Shown here: positions 37,618-42,210 of the stretch, in pieces | How the letters are laid out: the number at the start of each line of letters is the position of its first letter | Position numbering within the stretch: the stretch's first letter is position 1 | NCBI GenBank assembly: GCA_041572575.1 | Contig: JBFFSH010000019.1 | Location: 1 to 42,210 of the forward strand | Source: Thermodesulfobacteriota bacterium | GTDB taxonomy: Bacteria > Desulfobacterota_D > UBA1144 > Nemesobacterales > N074bin48 | Direction: 5' to 3' | DNA length: 42,210 nt | Notes under the pieces: generated by a model | Databases searched by the model: none | Told to the model about the DNA's origin: nothing | What the model saw: the letters and a program-made list of their open reading frames with translations, nothing else | Program-made: the position numbers and the translations under genes

Positions 37618-38454
37618 TTAGATAACCTTGGCTTCTTCTCTTAGAAGTTTTACTACCTCGGCAGCTGTGCTCTGAACCTCTGCGTCTTTTACCATATCTG
37701 CCTGTGAGCCCTTGAGCACCGTGAGCTTCCTTTCGATTGATGGAACCTCGTATTTAGTGTTAACGATTCTTGCACCTGCTTTTCCAAGTGCTTCAGCGGA
37801 AAGTCCGAGAGCGCCTGTATCTATGTCGCCTGCAGCAACTTCTTTTACAGGTTTCTTTTTGGCTTTCATAATTCCTGGGAGTGAAGCATATCTGGGTTCA
37901 TTTAACCCTTTTTCACATGTAATTAGAGAAGGTAGTGGTACCTCAACTGTCATTGTTCCGCCTTCTATATCTTTAACAGCTGTGGCTGTTTTAGCATCGG
38001 CGTTGATGTCCAGTTTTGTTACAATGGATACATGAGGAATTCCAAGCTCCTGAGCTACCTGAATTCCAACCTGTCCTGTTTCTTCGTCGATCATTTTCTT
38101 TCCGGTAAGGATAAGGTCATATTCTCCGATGTTTTTGATTTCCTGAGCTATTACTTTTCCAATTGCAAATGGATCGGAAAATGCAAAGTCGTCGTCTTTA
38201 ATATGAACAGCAGAATCTGCTCCCATAGCAAGACCTGTTCTTAGACATTCAAGAGATCTTGCAGGACCCATTGTGATAAGAACTACTTCGCCTCCGTTTT
38301 TCTCTTTGTTCCTAATGGCTTCTTCAACTGCGAATTCATCGTATGGGTTCAGTACCCATTTAATCCCTTCGGGATCAATTGAATCTCCACTGGAAGCAAC
38401 ATTGATTTTGGCTTCTGTGTCAGGTGTTTGTCTGACGATTACAATACTTTTCAA
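37618..38454 (-). CDS. etfB: Electron transfer flavoprotein beta subunit
   Basis: QTPDTE, NPYDEFAVEEA, LAMGAD, LNEPRYASLPGIMKAKKKP; TTG start with GGAGG RBS. Confidence 0.96.
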   Translation of the reverse strand: MKSIVIVRQTPDTEAKINVASSGDSIDPEGIKWVLNPYDEFAVEEAIRNKEKNGGEVVLITMGPARSLECLRTGLAMGADSAVHIKDDDFAFSDPFAIGKVIAQEIKNIGEYDLILTGKKMIDEETGQVGIQVAQELGIPHVSIVTKLDINADAKTATAVKDIEGGTMTVEVPLPSLITCEKGLNEPRYASLPGIMKAKKKPVKEVAAGDIDTGALGLSAEALGKAGARIVNTKYEVPSIERKLTVLKGSQADMVKDAEVQSTAAEVVKLLREEAKVI

Positions 38455-38616
38455 CTTCCATTACCTCCTACTTTTTTGATAATCCCTAAGAAAAATTATT
38501 TTAGAAATTTGATCTTCAGGACAAAAAACCGCATTATTGTAGCATCTACTTGAATCTTTTCAATATAGAGAGTAATAAATCTTTAATAACCTAAAAACAG
38601 CCAAAAAGGGAGTAAT

Positions 38617-39363
38617 ATGAAAGAAAGTGCTACGGAAAATAAAATAGATATTTATTCTAAGGATATTCCTTTTATTGAAGGCCCACGGAGAAGAGAGAGT
38701 GAGCTGTATACGGTCATTCAGATTATGACCGAATTTATCAAGGGTTTTAGAACATTCCATTTTGTTGGCCCTTGTATTACTGTGTTTGGCTCTGCGCGCA
38801 TTGCTGAAGACCATCCATACTATAAGATGACAATGGATATTGGGGCAAGGCTTGCAGAAATGGGACTTACCGTAATGACAGGAGGCGGCCCTGGGCTTAT
38901 GGAGGCTGCAAACAGGGGGGCAAAGGAAGCCGGAGGAAGGTCTGTAGGGTGTAATATTCTGCTTCCCTTTGAACAGAAGCCAAATCCATATATGGATAAA
39001 TGGATGGACTTTCAGTTCTTTTTTGTAAGAAAAGTGATGTTAATAAAGTATTCTTACGGTTTTGTCGTTATGCCCGGAGGAGTGGGCACGATGGACGAGC
39101 TTTTTCAGGCGCTCACATTAATACAGACAAAAAAAGTGATTAATTTCCCGATTGTTCTGATAGGTAAGGATTATTACAAGGATGTTACCGAACTGTTTGA
39201 TAAAATGTGTGAAGAGCAAACTATAAGCAATAATGATAGAGACCTGTTTTTAGTTACTGACTCTATGGACCAGGCCTGTGAGCATATACATGTTCATGCT
39301 GTGGAAAAATTTAATCTTAAGACCAAAAAACTTCCCGGAAGATCAAAACTGCTTTTTGAGTAA
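38617..39363 (+). CDS. LOG-family (TIGR00730 Rossmann-fold) phosphoribohydrolase
   Basis: VFGSAR, TGGGPGLMEAANRGA, FFVRKVM, PGGVGTMDE. Confidence 0.92.
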   Translation: MKESATENKIDIYSKDIPFIEGPRRRESELYTVIQIMTEFIKGFRTFHFVGPCITVFGSARIAEDHPYYKMTMDIGARLAEMGLTVMTGGGPGLMEAANRGAKEAGGRSVGCNILLPFEQKPNPYMDKWMDFQFFFVRKVMLIKYSYGFVVMPGGVGTMDELFQALTLIQTKKVINFPIVLIGKDYYKDVTELFDKMCEEQTISNNDRDLFLVTDSMDQACEHIHVHAVEKFNLKTKKLPGRSKLLFE

Positions 39364-39607
39364 ATTTTTGTACCATTTAGGGAATACGTTTCCAAATAGT
39401 TAACAAAAATTTTCCTGATTTCATTCTTATATTCTCTTTGATGTCTTAAACCCCTTATCGTATCAATGTGATTTTGTATGAAATTTGTACTACCAAGGTT
39501 TGAAATTTGATTGAAATAGCCCTTTTTTGATCCATAAATGCCAAATAACCTGCTTTTGGCACACTCATTGCTATATTCTATGTAAAACATATTTTAGGAG
39601 AGCAAGT

Positions 39608-40174
39608 ATGGAAACAAAAACCAATAAATCATTTTTCAGAAAATTTTCAAAATATTTTCTAGTATATTTCCTGTTCATTTTTGTAGCAGCGAATTTCTAT
39701 CTCAAACATTCTAATATTTTGATTTATTCAAATGCTACCGATGATGTTGCTATGCTTAATATTAAATGGGGAATGTCACCGACTGAGATACTTTTTGTTA
39801 CCGACACTGATTTCAATCATATAATTGCTGAAGACCCTAACCATAAAAGTATTTCACAGCATCTTCCATTAATAGATGAGACAAATAAATCTGAGATTAA
39901 TTACTATTTTGTAAATAACCAGCTGTATAAAGTAAGAATAAAAGAAAACATTGCAACGGATACTCATGATAAAGTGGCAAAGTTTATTGAAAAAATAGGC
40001 GTTAATAAAAATGAAAAAAATATTATCTCGGATCTATATGAGGGTGAAAAAATTAGAACCGAGAATGGTAGACAGAAAATGTCGGTATATATTGGATTTG
40101 ATGCCAAGGACAAGCCGGTAAATACCTATGTAACAATGTACTACAAACCAATAGCTAATAAATATGAGATATAA
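39608..40174 (+). CDS. Hypothetical membrane-anchored protein
   Basis: AGGAG RBS before ATG 39608 (METKTNK); one TM helix followed by 'IKWGMSPTEI'. Confidence 0.7.
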   Translation: METKTNKSFFRKFSKYFLVYFLFIFVAANFYLKHSNILIYSNATDDVAMLNIKWGMSPTEILFVTDTDFNHIIAEDPNHKSISQHLPLIDETNKSEINYYFVNNQLYKVRIKENIATDTHDKVAKFIEKIGVNKNEKNIISDLYEGEKIRTENGRQKMSVYIGFDAKDKPVNTYVTMYYKPIANKYEI

Positions 40175-40217
40175 CCAATAATAAATAAAGTTACCATATC
40201 AACTCGTATCTTTAATC

Positions 40218-40254
40218 AAAAGAGGGTTTCAGAAATGTAACCCACTTTTTTTTT
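40218..40254 (+). terminator. Probable intrinsic terminator
   Basis: Imperfect stem AAAAG-A-GGGTT / AACCC-A-CTTTT followed by a T run. Confidence 0.5.
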
Positions 40255-40357
40255 ATTTTCTTCCCAGGTATTAAACCCGTAATAAAACTTTCCAAGCAAT
40301 TAGTTTGTCTTTAGAATATAGTTAAACTAGAAATTGTTGAAAAAGTGGAGAATTGCT

Positions 40358-40774
40358 ATGAAAAGTTATAGAAAAGAGCTATGGTTTAATGTTCCAAGCA
40401 GACGTGGATTTATTAACATAACCCCTGAAGTTGATAAATGCTTAAAAGAGAGCGGCATTTCTGAGGGATTTGTGCTTGTAAATGCGATGCATATAACAGC
40501 CTCGGTTTTTATTAATGATGATGAGTCCGGCCTTCACCATGACTATGACGTGTGGCTTGAAAAGCTTGCCCCGCATGAGCCTGTATCACAGTATAAGCAC
40601 AATTATTCTGAGGATAATGCCGATGCTCATATGAAAAGACAGATTATGGGAAGAGAGGTAGTGGTTGCTATTACAGATGGGAGGCTCGATTTTGGCCCAT
40701 GGGAGCAGATATTCTATGGCGAGTTTGACGGTAGAAGGAAAAAGAGGGCGCTTATTAAAATTATTGGCGAATAA
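40358..40774 (+). CDS. yjbQ: YjbQ/UPF0047 family protein (secondary thiamine-phosphate synthase)
   Basis: [44 protein letters not shown] before ATG 40358. Confidence 0.92.
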   Translation: MKSYRKELWFNVPSRRGFINITPEVDKCLKESGISEGFVLVNAMHITASVFINDDESGLHHDYDVWLEKLAPHEPVSQYKHNYSEDNADAHMKRQIMGREVVVAITDGRLDFGPWEQIFYGEFDGRRKKRALIKIIGE

Positions 40775-40824
40775 ATTGTCATCTAAATTAAATTTAGAGT
40801 TTTAACGATAGTCTATTGATTAAT

Positions 40825-41313
40825 TTAATTAATATTATTCTCAATCCACTGACCGATTCTTGTAAGAAACTGTTCAGGTAGTTCGGTTTCAACATCCTTT
40901 GCTAAATCTGCAATCGTAGTTTTTTTAAGAACCTGCCTCCATGCCTCATCAGCCTCATACATGATTCTTGCAACCTGACATGGCTTTGCCAATGCTGATA
41001 TTGGTGTATCGCATGGAGAATTTTGTCTTATCTCGGTGCATATGAAAGTCGATTTCTTGCCTTCAATAGCTTCAATTACATCCAGGAAAGTTATCTCGCC
41101 GGGATGTCTGGCCAACTTGTAGCCTCCTTTCTGACCAATGCTTCCATCCACAATTCCGGCCTTTGATAGTTCCTGCAGTGCCTTAAGAAGATATTCTTTG
41201 GGCACACCATGAAATTTGGCCAGATCCGTTGCCGAGAGTCTTTTTTCGGCAGGCAGAGCTGCCAGCAAAGAAACGCAGTGTAAAGCCCATTCTACTTGAT
41301 TTCTTAATATCAA
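40825..41313 (-). CDS. Rrf2-family transcriptional regulator
   Basis: VEWALHC, LA.FHGVPKEYL.K.LQ.L, GGYKLAR, ITFLDVIEAIEG, F.CTEIRQ..PC...PC. Confidence 0.92.
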   Translation of the reverse strand: MILRNQVEWALHCVSLLAALPAEKRLSATDLAKFHGVPKEYLLKALQELSKAGIVDGSIGQKGGYKLARHPGEITFLDVIEAIEGKKSTFICTEIRQNSPCDTPISALAKPCQVARIMYEADEAWRQVLKKTTIADLAKDVETELPEQFLTRIGQWIENNIN

Positions 41314-41314
41314 T

Positions 41315-41803
41315 TTAGTTTAGTCCTGCACGGTCCAGTCCATACAAGTAATCGACAGCACCATGCTGAGATGATAGGGCAGTTGCAAGACGGTTCCATG
41401 CATTAATAATGGCAATAGCAAACGTAAGATCGGAGATTTCCTGCTGGGACAGATGTGTACCTATTCTTTCATACTGCTCTTCGCTTGGTGAGGTAGACGA
41501 GATATTGGTAACCGCCTCGGTCCACTCTAGTACGGCTTTTTCTTTATCGGTAAACAGGTTTGAGTCTTTCCAGGTTGATAAATGATAAATTCTAAGCTCC
41601 CTTTCACCCTCAATCTTTGCTTCTTTAACGTGCATGTCGTTGCAAAATGTACACCCGTTAATTTGCGAAGCTCTGATATTTATAAGATTAATCATTCGAT
41701 TGTCCAGACTGCTTTTGTTAAGTATCTGGCTGATCTCGGCTAACTTCTTTGTGAGCTTACCGGATAGCTCCATATAATTTGGACGATTTTTTGGTGTTTT
41801 CAT
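41315..41803 (-). CDS. Carboxymuconolactone decarboxylase / AhpD-like protein
   Basis: RASQINGCTFCNDMH (CxxC), FTDKEKAVLEWTEAVT, INAWNRL. Confidence 0.92.
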   Translation of the reverse strand: MKTPKNRPNYMELSGKLTKKLAEISQILNKSSLDNRMINLINIRASQINGCTFCNDMHVKEAKIEGERELRIYHLSTWKDSNLFTDKEKAVLEWTEAVTNISSTSPSEEQYERIGTHLSQQEISDLTFAIAIINAWNRLATALSSQHGAVDYLYGLDRAGLN

Positions 41804-41827
41804 TTTGTGATCCTTAATTTGTGTTTC

Positions 41828-41868
41828 TCAATACAGATATATTATATCTGTATTGAAATTGTTGTCAA
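41828..41868 (-). promoter_or_regulatory. Sigma70 promoter overlapped by a perfect palindromic operator
   Basis: Minus strand: TTGACA (41868-41863), 16 bp, TATAAT (41846-41841). Palindrome TCAATACAGATATA-T-TATATCTGTATTGA spans 41828-41856. Confidence 0.8.
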
Positions 41869-42071
41869 TGGAATCTGACTAAGAAGAATACTGAAATGAT
41901 AAAACGCTACAGTATGTTAGTGAAGTAGTAGCTATACAGATTATGAAAAAGCATATTAATAGATGAAAATTAAAATAGTTATGACTTTTAAGCTTTGTTT
42001 GAAAGTTCTCATAGGTGGGACAGCTTTCTGATAATGGATACAGAAGCAATTCTGGTTATAGCATTTAATAA

Positions 42072-42149
42072 TGGCGTCCCCGAGGGGATTTGAACCCCTG
42101 TTGCCGGCGTGAAAGGCCGGTGTCCTGGGCCAAGCTAGACGACGGGGAC
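42072..42149 (-). tRNA. tRNA-Glu (TTC)
   Basis: GTCCCCG/CGGGGAC acceptor stem, anticodon loop CTTTCAC, GGTTCAAATCC T-arm, encoded CCA. Confidence 0.96.
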
Positions 42150-42157
42150 ACACAATA

Positions 42158-42210
42158 TGAGCCGTGCAGGATTCGAACCTGCGACCCACTGCTTAAAAGG
42201 CAGTTGCTCT
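42158..42210 (-). tRNA. tRNA-Lys (TTT), 5' part outside the window
   Basis: Anticodon arm CTGC-CTTTTAA-GCAG, GGTTCGAATCC T-arm; no encoded CCA. Confidence 0.9.

Noticed and set aside
39294..39590. 98-aa minus-strand ORF
   Set aside because: It overlaps the LOG gene end and the next gene's promoter region, with no motifs.
40775..42071. Integrative element at tRNA-Glu
   Set aside because: No integrase and no duplicated tRNA 3' end (att) were noticed in the window.
41956..42189. 77-aa minus-strand ORF
   Set aside because: It is a translation through two tRNA genes.

Overview
AT-rich bacterial chromosomal window. The gene set and synteny (rpsT/holA, DUF4416-yicC, long-form hflX, etfBA) look Desulfobacterota/Dadabacteria-like, but this is an impression only. 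Most of it is housekeeping: rpsT, holA, lipB, ndk, yicC, a tatA/B-like gene, sodC, hisS, hflX, etfAB, a LOG-family gene, yjbQ, tRNA-Glu and a partial tRNA-Lys. The dominant unusual element is a 10.6-kb gene for a 3547-aa solenoid of 47-aa TPR-like repeats. It has a degenerate TIR/nucleoside-deoxyribosyltransferase-like N-terminus and an acidic linker, and lies divergent from an orphan REC-HD-GYP phosphodiesterase. The ORF track misses several features: (i) the 3' end of an IS1595/IS1016-like transposase whose end overwrites the last codons of a PqqD/RRE gene; (ii) a 128-codon N-terminal extension of hflX that needs an ATA start; (iii) a Cys-rich secreted gene broken by an in-frame TAA, next to Xer dif-like sites; (iv) two small membrane-protein ORFs; (v) a perfect palindromic operator over the CMD-Rrf2 promoter. 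There is also an M3-like peptidase that has lost HExxH. All calls come from reading the sequence; no database search was run.
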